A program made the position numbers and the translations under genes. Source: an uncultured Acidimicrobiaceae bacterium (GTDB lineage Bacteria; Actinomycetota; Acidimicrobiia; Acidimicrobiales; Bog-793). Taken from it: 64,000 nucleotides of DNA. Location of the stretch: the NCBI GenBank assembly GCA_963841155.1, contig CAWJBM010000002.1, positions 541,885 to 605,884 on the forward strand, read 5' to 3'. The first letter of the stretch is position 1; every line of letters starts with the position of its first letter. Below the pieces are notes generated by a model. The model ran no database searches and was not told where the DNA came from. It worked only from the letters and a program-made list of their open reading frames with translations. Positions 45,345 through 53,707 of the stretch are shown piece by piece.

Positions 45345-45608
45345 TCACGGTGCCCCGTTCCGCGTGTCAGACCGAGAGCGAGCCGCGAGCTCGCCGTCAC
45401 GAGCAGGATGCTCCACTACGGCAACGACTTTGGCCGCCATGAACCGGGCGGTACGGACGGGTGTCCCGGAACGTGTGACCTCCGTGACCTCGACTATTCC
45501 CCGGGCGTTTCCTACCTCGACCCGCCTGCCGTTCCGAGTGGCCTCGATTTCGAAGCGCTCGACACCGGCTCCCACGTCGACGAGGACTTCCACGCGGTCA
45601 CCCTTCAT
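45345..45608 (-). CDS. Hypothetical small protein (87 aa)
   Basis: An internal ATG of ORF 45345..45764 gives MKGDRVEVLVDVGAGVERFEIEATRNGRRVEVGNARGIVEVTEV.., which is beta-rich. I see no clear RBS and no family I recognise. Confidence 0.3.
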   Translation of the reverse strand: MKGDRVEVLVDVGAGVERFEIEATRNGRRVEVGNARGIVEVTEVTRSGTPVRTARFMAAKVVAVVEHPARDGELAARSRSDTRNGAP

Positions 45609-45652
45609 TGGCACCAGGGTAGCTATCGGCGGCGGCGGCGGCCCGGCTGGCC

Positions 45653-46474
45653 GTGCGCGTCGGGCAAGATCGCGCTGTGATAGCCAATTCCTGGGGATGG
45701 CCGGAGAGCGAAGAGGAGCTCGTCGAGCTCCAGGGCCGCCTCGCCACTGCGGCGGCGAGCACATTGGCTGCCGAACCGTGGTTGCCGTCGAGCGAGCGGC
45801 CCGTCCTCGGCGGATGTTTCGTCGCGTACGCCCGCGGTAGCACGGGTCCGGGCCGGTCGGGTGACCCGGCGTGGGCAGCTGCTGTCGCGTGGCGGGGGGG
45901 TGCGGTCGATCGGAGCACCCGCAGAACCGACCACCATCTCAGGGGCGCTGCGACACCTGGCCGCCCCAGGCAGGCGGACGACGTCCTCGCCCAGAGCATC
46001 GTGACCTCGCGTGTCGCCTCTTCGTACGTGCCCGGGCTCTTGGCCCGCAGAGAGGGAGCGATCCTGGCTGCCGCTCTGGCGGCACTCGAGGTGCGACCTG
46101 AGCTCCTGCTCGTCGACGCGAGCGGGATCGACCATCCTCGGAGTGCCGGTCTGGCTGTGCACCTGGGTGCGGTCGTCGACCTTCCGACGGTGGGCGTGAC
46201 CCGCCAGCCACTCGTCGCCATCGGCGACCAGCCCGAGCTGCGTCGCGGATCTCTGGCACCGCTGGTCGTGGATGGTCGTTGTGTCGCCTTCTGGGTGTGC
46301 ACGAGGACCGGTGCCCGCCCGATCGTCGCTCACGCGGGATGGCGGACGAGCCCGGAGACCGCCTCCCGTGTCGTGCTCGACGCATCCACTCCGGCTGCCC
46401 GAACGCCGGTACCGTTGCAGGAGGCGCGACGCGTGGCGCGCGAGGCGCGGAGCCTTGCGTCTTCTTTGGTCTAG
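45653..46474 (+). CDS. nfi: Endonuclease V
   Basis: WGWPESEEELVELQGRLA..VLGGCFVAY..VPGLLARREGAILAAALAAL..LLLVDASGIDHPRSAGLAVHLG..PTVGVTRQPL. Confidence 0.8.
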   Translation: MRVGQDRAVIANSWGWPESEEELVELQGRLATAAASTLAAEPWLPSSERPVLGGCFVAYARGSTGPGRSGDPAWAAAVAWRGGAVDRSTRRTDHHLRGAATPGRPRQADDVLAQSIVTSRVASSYVPGLLARREGAILAAALAALEVRPELLLVDASGIDHPRSAGLAVHLGAVVDLPTVGVTRQPLVAIGDQPELRRGSLAPLVVDGRCVAFWVCTRTGARPIVAHAGWRTSPETASRVVLDASTPAARTPVPLQEARRVAREARSLASSLV

Positions 46475-46548
46475 TGGCTGCCAATTTGGGCCGGCGGGGT
46501 GTACGAAGACGTCGGAATCGGTCTACGGAATGGCTCGGAATCCGCAAC

Positions 46549-48126
46549 CTAACTGGCGAACGGACGAAGGAATTCGATTGTGGCGTGGCAGGTTCCCGAC
46601 GCGCTACCGAACGAGCGCACCTCATCAGCCACCTCTGTGATCTCTTCCAGAAACGTCTCCTGGGCGCCTTGGGCCGGGTCCTCGATAGTCGATTCGACGT
46701 AGAGGACCGCGAAGCGTGCGCGGCGGTGGTCGGGTTTCTTTCGGAGCACTCGACCCATCCGCTGGATCATCTGGCGGCGGGAACGGCTGGCACCGACGAT
46801 GAAGGCAAGGTCCGCCTCGGGGACGTCGACGCCCTCGTCCAGCACCCGTGGTGCCGAGATCACCTGCAGATCACCTTCGGCGAAACGCCGGAGCACCTCG
46901 CGGCGGTCCGCCGTTGCGAGCCGCGAGTGGACGCACTCAGCCCGCAAGCCCAGAGCAGTTAGGGCAAAGGCGGCGCTCTCGGCTGTTGCGATCGAGCCGG
47001 TGAAGACGATCGACCGGTCGGCGGAGGCTATCGCCGGAGCGAGTCCCTCCAGGGTTCGCGTCTTCGCCGGAGTGCCACCCAGAAGACGGCGGCGTTCGAG
47101 CAGCAGGGCCAGGTAGGCGCGGGCCTCACTCGCGCCGGCCGCGTCGCCACCGACACCTGAGGCGAGCAGGTTCAGCGCCTGAATGAACTGGCCAAAAGAG
47201 GCAGTCGGCAGTTGATAGCGCTGCATCAGCCGAGCGTGCCGGTGCCCGATCTGCAAAGTGAGCTCCTCGTAGATCGCCCGTTCGGCCGCAGGCAGGGCGA
47301 CACCAACCAAGGCAACCGTGAAACGAGCCGTGACGCCGTCGTCGACCGCTCGCCGGTATCCCATCCGAAAGCACGTCCCACCGAAGAAAGGATCGAGCCA
47401 ATTGACATGTCCGTCGTCGTCACGGGCGTAGGTGGCGCTCAGGCCCAGCCGGCGCTCGAAGCGTTGGTCGAGCGCGAGCCGGTTCATGGCGCTGGCGTAT
47501 CGGTGGCACTCGTCGGCCACGATCAGCCCTCCGCGACGAGTCATCCGCAGGTCATTGTCCCGAAGGCTGTTCACCACACCGACGACGATGTCGTGGGTCG
47601 CGAAGCTTCCGGTCTCTCCATCGCCGAGGCAACCGATCCAGTAGCCGGGCGGGAGAGCGGGCGTCATATGACGGTGCCATTGGTGCATCAGCTCGACGGT
47701 GGGGACGATGACGAGCACCTGACCTCGCCGGGCCAGTTCGTCGGCCGCCGCCGCTACGCCGAGCATCGTCTTGCCGGAGCCGGTCACCGCCTCGACGACG
47801 CCGCGATGATGTGCTGTCGCCCAACTGTCGAGGGCATCGCGCTGCCACGCGTACAGCCGGGAACGATCGAACGCAGCTGTTCGGCCATTCGCGAACTGAG
47901 TCGCCGGCGCGACGGTGGCTGGGTCGCTCCCCGCGAGCGACCACCTCTGGGGCAGGCTGCAGTCACACCTGAAGCGCTGGTGCCCGCTGAACAGGGCCAG
48001 TGTGATCGCCTGGACGTCCTGCCCGCGGTGAGCATCCGGCCGCGCCGTGAACAATACGGTCGCGATCTCGGCGGCCGTCAGCCCGGGGCGCTGTTCGAGC
48101 ACCTCCGATATGTCGTCGGCCAGCAC
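46549..48126 (-). CDS. Superfamily-2 DECH-box helicase (COG1061/ResIII-XPB-like); gene 5 of the five-gene operon
   Basis: Motif I AVTGSGKT, Ia VIVPTVELMHQW, II ADECHRY, III LSATYAR and VI QRMGRVLR are present. The ORF opens at 48282, but the GTG at 48126 lies 4 nt after the stop of the upstream ATPase. I see no nuclease domain. Confidence 0.85.
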   Translation of the reverse strand: MLADDISEVLEQRPGLTAAEIATVLFTARPDAHRGQDVQAITLALFSGHQRFRCDCSLPQRWSLAGSDPATVAPATQFANGRTAAFDRSRLYAWQRDALDSWATAHHRGVVEAVTGSGKTMLGVAAAADELARRGQVLVIVPTVELMHQWHRHMTPALPPGYWIGCLGDGETGSFATHDIVVGVVNSLRDNDLRMTRRGGLIVADECHRYASAMNRLALDQRFERRLGLSATYARDDDGHVNWLDPFFGGTCFRMGYRRAVDDGVTARFTVALVGVALPAAERAIYEELTLQIGHRHARLMQRYQLPTASFGQFIQALNLLASGVGGDAAGASEARAYLALLLERRRLLGGTPAKTRTLEGLAPAIASADRSIVFTGSIATAESAAFALTALGLRAECVHSRLATADRREVLRRFAEGDLQVISAPRVLDEGVDVPEADLAFIVGASRSRRQMIQRMGRVLRKKPDHRRARFAVLYVESTIEDPAQGAQETFLEEITEVADEVRSFGSASGTCHATIEFLRPFAS

Positions 48127-48130
48127 ATCG

Positions 48131-49588
48131 TCACTCCGTGGAGTCGCCAGCTCGGTCGCCGAACCAGCTTCCTTGAGAATGGGCTTGCGAAGAGCCGCTC
48201 CCGCCAGCGTCCTCCAAGTCCTTCTCGTCGGCACCGCCAACCCCGTGCCCGGAGCCTCCGTCGCCCAACCGATCCCCGCCATCCTCGGCTCCGCCGCCCT
48301 CGAGCTCGGCGTCTTCGCTCAGGTCGACCTCAAGGGTGGCGGCCTCGATCTCGGGCTCGTACGACGGATCGAGACGCCGGAGATCCCACTCATTGATCCA
48401 GGCGCGCACGTACTGGCGCATCCGGTTCGAGGGCAGGCGCTCCAGCCCGGTTACCGCGGGCGGAAGCCAACCGAACGCTTCGCCGTGTATCTCCCGCAAC
48501 CTCCTGTACGTGCGGTCGAGCTCCTCCTGCGCGGGAGGCTGGAGCTTGACCTGCTCGTGACCGATGATGCGCATCCCTGTCTCGGCTAGCGATGCAAGGA
48601 CGTCATCGGCGGCGGTCCCACCTGCCCGCAAGCGCTGCGGGATCAACACCGCGTCGTTCTTGCCGACAAGCACCTGGGTCTCATAGTCGTCGACAGTGGC
48701 AAGCACTGCGCCGATAGGGGCGCTGATGTCGTCACGGTCGCCGCGGACCCAGCGGGCAATCTCAGCGTACGACTTGGCGCGCTGACCGATCGTGTAGCGG
48801 CCGATGAGCTCCACTTCGTCGAACAGGACTATCCAGCCTCGGTATCCGGCTGCCCGCACCAGCCTGGAGACGAACCGGAAGCGTTGTCGCGCCAGGTCCG
48901 CCTCCCGCACACCGGCAATCCGGTAGGACGAGCTTGCACCGTGTTCGCGAAGCCGGCGGCGGATGTCGGTCACCGAGAGCCTGTCACCTGCCCAGAAGCG
49001 GATGATGCGGTCTCGCAGCTCCTCGTCACCTCGCGCGTACTCGTAGAGATAAAGTGTGGCCGCGAACCGCTTGTCCACCGGGGCCTCATCCCCATGTACC
49101 CAGCGATAGAGGTCCCGGTACTCGGGCGAGTCGAGGTCTATCGCCACGGCAATCTCGTCGATCGCCGACCCGGGCCGGCCCGGAACCCGTGCCTCGTCGA
49201 TCGCGGCGCGGAAAACCTTGGACGGGTCGTGAAGGGGGGTCTCCTTGGAGATCGTGACCTTCGACACGACGAAACTCTGACTCAGTGCGACGTTCGCCAA
49301 GTGCTCGAGCACGTGGCTCTTGCCACTGCCAAATCCTCCACCGATCATCATGGCCCGTGAGGTGGAGCGGGGCTGTGAGGTGACGAGCGGCGCGGACACA
49401 CCAGAAGGCGGGCCCAACGTCGGGTCGGCCAGAACGCCGACGGCATCGAGGATGTCCGCGAATCGGTCCTCCACGCCGATCTGCATCGACCCGAGCTCGA
49501 CGACCGCGTCGCGGTTGGGCACACCTGCGCGCAAGGCTTCGAGCGCTCGGCGCGCCCGCACGGCACGATCGGTAGTTTCGGTGGTCAT
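48131..49588 (-). CDS. P-loop ATPase resembling the DUF2791/BrxD family; gene 4 of the operon
   Basis: RARRALEALRAGVPNRDAVVELG leads into Walker A GGGFGSGKSH. The Walker B context is GWIVLFDEVE. The C-terminal tail is acidic and Gly-rich. The ATG at 49588 overlaps the upstream stop (ATGA). Confidence 0.75.
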   Translation of the reverse strand: MTTETTDRAVRARRALEALRAGVPNRDAVVELGSMQIGVEDRFADILDAVGVLADPTLGPPSGVSAPLVTSQPRSTSRAMMIGGGFGSGKSHVLEHLANVALSQSFVVSKVTISKETPLHDPSKVFRAAIDEARVPGRPGSAIDEIAVAIDLDSPEYRDLYRWVHGDEAPVDKRFAATLYLYEYARGDEELRDRIIRFWAGDRLSVTDIRRRLREHGASSSYRIAGVREADLARQRFRFVSRLVRAAGYRGWIVLFDEVELIGRYTIGQRAKSYAEIARWVRGDRDDISAPIGAVLATVDDYETQVLVGKNDAVLIPQRLRAGGTAADDVLASLAETGMRIIGHEQVKLQPPAQEELDRTYRRLREIHGEAFGWLPPAVTGLERLPSNRMRQYVRAWINEWDLRRLDPSYEPEIEAATLEVDLSEDAELEGGGAEDGGDRLGDGGSGHGVGGADEKDLEDAGGSGSSQAHSQGSWFGDRAGDSTE

Positions 49589-50547
49589 ACCTTCGCCTCC
49601 TCGCGGCCGATCCGGACAAGGGACGAGAACGGGTTGTCTCGACGACGGTCGCGAATCTCGTCGAAGATACGGAGTTTGAGGGCTTGATAAGCGTCGAGAC
49701 CGCGGGCCTCGTCGGTAAGCAGCTCCGGTGCTGCGATCACAACAACACAGCACCGAGCGAGCTCGTCGGTACTGTCGATTAGCTGCCGCAACACCTCGTA
49801 GGCGTCGAGGAGCCCGAGTCTCGTGTAGTACTGGCCGGCTCGTTCGTCCACCGGAGGACGACGGGCGACGCCGAGGCGACGGATGTCAATGACGACCAGC
49901 AGGCCGGCGAACCCGTTCGTCGCCAGCCAGTGCGGTAACGAAAAGAGCATCTGCCGGGCGTTGTGGCGGGCGATCCGCCGGTAGATGAGCGCGGACTTGA
50001 GCGCCGACATCTGCCGCAGATCCCCGCGAAGCCATTCGAGGAGAGCGCCGTGCTCGGCGTCACTCACCTGCCCGGTACGAAACGCAGCCTGGCACAACCG
50101 CAACATGCCAATCCGGAACTCCTGGACCATGTCGTAATCCCTGAAGATGCGGTGCTGCAGCTCACGATCCACATCGCGCTTCAGTTCCCGAGCATCGGTC
50201 CTGTAGTGGGCAGCGAGCGCGTCGACCGTCGGGATGTCGGTCGTCGGTGCAGGGAAGCCCGCCGCGGCGGCGGCGCTCCTCAGAGCTCTCACTGCGAGCT
50301 CATCCCAGTCGATCTGGCGGGCGACCTCGAAGAAGATCTGCTCCATCAAGTGCACGCGGGTGGCGGCCGCGTCCACGGTCGCCACGACGTAGCCGGACCG
50401 CCGCCCTTCGTTGACCACCCGATCCTGAAAGTCGGATGCAACAGAGTCGTCCGCCACGGCGAACTTAACAGCGCATCCGCCCGTGTCCACGTAGCCGCGG
50501 AGATACTCCCGTGAGAGGAATTCGACGTACTCCTCGGGGCCGATCAT
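49585..50547 (-). CDS. Unknown protein, apparently a P-loop-less paralog of the downstream ATPase; gene 3 of the operon
   Basis: YLRGYVDTGGCAVKFAVADDS sits where a Walker A would be. LLVVIDIRRL sits where a Walker B would be. ATGA overlaps occur at both ends. Paralogy was judged only by eye. Confidence 0.5.
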   Translation of the reverse strand: MIGPEEYVEFLSREYLRGYVDTGGCAVKFAVADDSVASDFQDRVVNEGRRSGYVVATVDAAATRVHLMEQIFFEVARQIDWDELAVRALRSAAAAAGFPAPTTDIPTVDALAAHYRTDARELKRDVDRELQHRIFRDYDMVQEFRIGMLRLCQAAFRTGQVSDAEHGALLEWLRGDLRQMSALKSALIYRRIARHNARQMLFSLPHWLATNGFAGLLVVIDIRRLGVARRPPVDERAGQYYTRLGLLDAYEVLRQLIDSTDELARCCVVVIAAPELLTDEARGLDAYQALKLRIFDEIRDRRRDNPFSSLVRIGREEAKV

Positions 50548-51344
50548 TCCCCCACCTCCTCGAAGCAGATACCGGCATAATCCTTCGCCTGGCCGCCGCG
50601 CGTCACCGTGCGCAGCACACCGCCTGATCGCGTAAGAGCACTCGCCGGAAGGCTCATCCGACGTCCTCGCTTCGTCGTCACGACCCCACTCTGATCCAAG
50701 AGATAGATGTCGCGGGCGAACTCGGGTCTCGTGTACTCGCGGGCGGCCCCGGGCATGATCGTGAGCACGCTGTGCACCTCCACGAGCCTGACGGGCGCGC
50801 CCGACCGCATCGACTTCGAGGCGATCACGAGATCATAAGCGGAGGAGAGCGCCTCGATGAACGCCTCCGGCTTGAACTTCGGCTCCCTTTGCTGAAGCTG
50901 GCCGAGCCTGGCGACAACGACCGATGGGCGGATCCGGCGGTCCTTCTTCTTGTCGATGATGACCGACGTATCGCTAGGCGACACCTGCACGATGACGGGG
51001 TAGCAAAGGATACGGTCATCCAACTCGAAGGCACTCACGCCAGCTTCGGCGGTAGAGGCCAGCAACTCCCTCTTGTACTCACCGGACGCGAACCAGTCCT
51101 CGACATCGAAGCGCCACGCCGCCTTCAGACGCTCTGCAGCAACTGCGGCGGCGTTGGCCAACTGAGCAGCTCCATCGAGGGCTTGCGGGATGTCTCGGAC
51201 AGTTCCGGTCTCGGCGGCTGCCTTGGCCCTCTTCGCAACTCGGGCCACGGACGAGACCACCTCCAGCAACGCTACCGCTTCAGCCTCGAGCGCTTCGAGC
51301 GCTCGTTCGAGGCCGTCGCCGCCCGCATCCGGCAATTCGTTCAT
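50544..51344 (-). CDS. Unknown protein (266 aa); gene 2 of the operon
   Basis: An Ala-rich helical N-terminus is followed by a beta-rich core, FELDDRILCYPVIVQVSPSDTSVIIDKKKDRRIRP. ATGA overlaps occur at both ends. I recognise no family. Confidence 0.6.
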   Translation of the reverse strand: MNELPDAGGDGLERALEALEAEAVALLEVVSSVARVAKRAKAAAETGTVRDIPQALDGAAQLANAAAVAAERLKAAWRFDVEDWFASGEYKRELLASTAEAGVSAFELDDRILCYPVIVQVSPSDTSVIIDKKKDRRIRPSVVVARLGQLQQREPKFKPEAFIEALSSAYDLVIASKSMRSGAPVRLVEVHSVLTIMPGAAREYTRPEFARDIYLLDQSGVVTTKRGRRMSLPASALTRSGGVLRTVTRGGQAKDYAGICFEEVGE

Positions 51345-53479
51345 GCCGCTCCTCCTGTCTCATCGGTCGTTTCGTCAACTTCACCGCTGGCCCTGAACGG
51401 TCCAGCAGAGCACGGACCACTGGCGACCACCGCAGGTCGTGCGACGAGTGCAGCCGCGCGCACCTCGACAACAACCTCCCCTCCGGGGGCGAATCCGAGC
51501 ACCAAGACATCGCCGGGTCCAGCCCCTGCAGCCATCGCGATCGGGCGCAGCGGTCCGCGCCGCGGCTCCGGCCCGTCGTTGGCCAGCCTCACCGGCCCGT
51601 ACCGGCTCGAGAACGTTCGATGCTGCCGCCAGCCGATGCCTAGAAAGCGGGCGACTCCGTCCGGAACAGCGGACTCGCCGCCTCGCATCAGGTCGTCGTC
51701 AACCCTCGCCGTCAACCAGGCGCGGCGGGAGGCTGGGTCATCGCCATCAGGCTCGGTCACGGCCCAGCCGGGCATGGATCCCCACACCTGCGCCTCGTCG
51801 TCAAGGCAAGCGGTCTCGGGCTTGGCAATGCCAGGAAGGCCCAGCTGCTCGTTCGGAACTGGGTCGGAAGTCTGACCAGGCGCTCCAAGGAAAGCTCCAC
51901 TAGACAGCTCGCCAGCTCGTCGCACGTCTGTCTTTCGCTCACGGGCGAAAGCCGCAACCGAGTCATCGGCACCGGACCCCGCTGGGGATTGTTGGCGGGT
52001 GCTCAGCCGGTTCGGGGACAGCCCACCCACGCTCCCCCGCGGCCAACTTCTCAGCTCGTAGACGTCGTTAGTGACTTGTCTGAACCGCCGGCCGCGAAGC
52101 GCCCGCTGGAGCTCAGCCTCATCGAAGGAGCGCCCTCCGTTGAGGAGAAGGTGCCGGCACTGGGAGAAAGTGAGGCCACGACCGCTGGCATCGATCAGGC
52201 GTTCCAAGACGTCGACCAACGATCCTGACAGCCAGACAGCGAGATCGTCGTCAACCACGGCGGCACCGCACGCGTTGAGCCAGGGGCGCACCGATGCCGC
52301 CACGACTCCAAGCTCTTCCAGCGATGGCTCGATCGCCGCCAGGGATCGGACGCCACCGTCTTGGGTCAGCATCTCCCTCGTCCGCGAAAGCAGGTCGTCT
52401 GGCTGCACGCAGCGCCAGCCAGGGCAGCGAGCTACTGGCTCGAATGGGCCCGCAAGCCAAAGCAACAGCTCCACCGCCCTCTTCGCCTCGTGCCCGGTCG
52501 ACGAGTCAAAGCCGAAACGGCGTAACCCGGCACGGATCGCCTCTGTCGTCGTCGCTCGTCCAAGTGACCGGCGAACGCGCTCGACCAGCCATTCGAGAGG
52601 TGCAGGTGCCGCTGCCAGCTCTTCGCGAACTTGAACCGCCGCACGATCACGTCGCTGAGCGACACGTGAGTGTGAGATCCCGAGCTCTTCGGCGAGCTCG
52701 GCAAGGCTCCGGCGGTCAGAGCACAGCTCATTCGATATGAAGATCGACCGATCCTGGTCGTCTGTGATGCCGCTCAGCAGATCAATCAACACGGAGACAT
52801 GCTCGAGTGCCCAGGGTGCACTGCTGACAAGGAGGCGGCGCGCGGCGTCAGTGCCAACGCTCGGAGCTTCTAGATGCGCTGTGGCGGCGTCGAGTAGCGA
52901 TTCCAGCACCGGTTGCTTCGGACCGCGTCGCTCCTCGGTCAACAGCAGGGTGAGGTCGTTGTCGTCGGAGGTCTCGACCCCCATGGAAAGACCGATCAAA
53001 CTCCTCTCAAAGCAGGCAGCCAGTACGGAGACGACTGTCGTCGGACCAAGACCTGACATCTCGAGCAGGTGGGCGACAGTGAGATCGAGAAGCTCCGACC
53101 AACGGGAATGCCCCGCACGCTCCAGTGCTGCTCTTGCCCTCTGGTGGAGGTTCCGCGGGCCAAGGCGACCATCAGGAACGAGCCGGGCGAGAGGTGCGAG
53201 ATCACCCAACTCTCGCGGGCCAAGCACGGCACGATCCCACCCCCGTGCGAACGCGCTCTCGAACCAGGACCGAACCTCCTGGCGTCGCTTCGGGTCACAG
53301 ACGTCGCCCAGCTCCACCAACGACAGCGAGTCGCAGCCTCCGCCAACGTCGCCATCGGCTCCGAGCTTCTCGAGAAGGAACGAGCGTCCGGAGTCGGTCA
53401 GCGCAGCGCCACCGTTGAAAGCGTCTCCGAACCGACGTCGCTGAGTGTGGCCAACAAGGTCTCTGGCTAACGAGTGCAT
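51341..53479 (-). CDS. Large multi-domain protein (712 aa) with RpoA alpha-CTD-like and sigma-70 region-4-like helices; gene 1 of the operon
   Basis: LGPRNLHQRARAALERAGHSRWSELLDLTVAHLLEMSGLGPTTVVSVL matches an alpha-CTD helix-hairpin-helix pattern. RSLAELAEELGISHSRVAQRRDRAAVQVREEL is an r4-like HTH. The rest is unassigned. Confidence 0.6.
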   Translation of the reverse strand: MHSLARDLVGHTQRRRFGDAFNGGAALTDSGRSFLLEKLGADGDVGGGCDSLSLVELGDVCDPKRRQEVRSWFESAFARGWDRAVLGPRELGDLAPLARLVPDGRLGPRNLHQRARAALERAGHSRWSELLDLTVAHLLEMSGLGPTTVVSVLAACFERSLIGLSMGVETSDDNDLTLLLTEERRGPKQPVLESLLDAATAHLEAPSVGTDAARRLLVSSAPWALEHVSVLIDLLSGITDDQDRSIFISNELCSDRRSLAELAEELGISHSRVAQRRDRAAVQVREELAAAPAPLEWLVERVRRSLGRATTTEAIRAGLRRFGFDSSTGHEAKRAVELLLWLAGPFEPVARCPGWRCVQPDDLLSRTREMLTQDGGVRSLAAIEPSLEELGVVAASVRPWLNACGAAVVDDDLAVWLSGSLVDVLERLIDASGRGLTFSQCRHLLLNGGRSFDEAELQRALRGRRFRQVTNDVYELRSWPRGSVGGLSPNRLSTRQQSPAGSGADDSVAAFARERKTDVRRAGELSSGAFLGAPGQTSDPVPNEQLGLPGIAKPETACLDDEAQVWGSMPGWAVTEPDGDDPASRRAWLTARVDDDLMRGGESAVPDGVARFLGIGWRQHRTFSSRYGPVRLANDGPEPRRGPLRPIAMAAGAGPGDVLVLGFAPGGEVVVEVRAAALVARPAVVASGPCSAGPFRASGEVDETTDETGGAA

Positions 53480-53614
53480 CCCCGCCGACGATACAAGAGA
53501 GGTGTGTCAGCTATCGGTGGGGTGCATCGAGTAACCACCTTCAGGCCGGTCCGGAATGGGGCCTCGGCACCCGAAGACGGAGCTACCGCCAGTGGCCGCG
53601 TCCAAGCGCCGGGT

Positions 53615-53706
53615 GGGCCAAACTGCTTTCGAGCATTGGTCCAGAACGTAACACACATCTGGGCCAAATAGCTTCGATAGGTGGGTCCAAAACGCTAACA
53701 TACTGG
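53615..53706. repeat. Imperfect 46-bp tandem direct repeat (x2) abutting the start codon of the DUF4143 ATPase gene
   Basis: Unit 1 is GGGCCAAACTGCTTTCGAGCATTGGTCCAGAACGTAACACACATCT. Unit 2 is GGGCCAAATAGCTTCGATAGGTGGGTCCAAAACGCTAACATACTGG. The shared core is GGGCCAAA..GCTT.CGA..GGTCCA.AACG.TAACA. Confidence 0.6.
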
Positions 53707-53707
53707 T

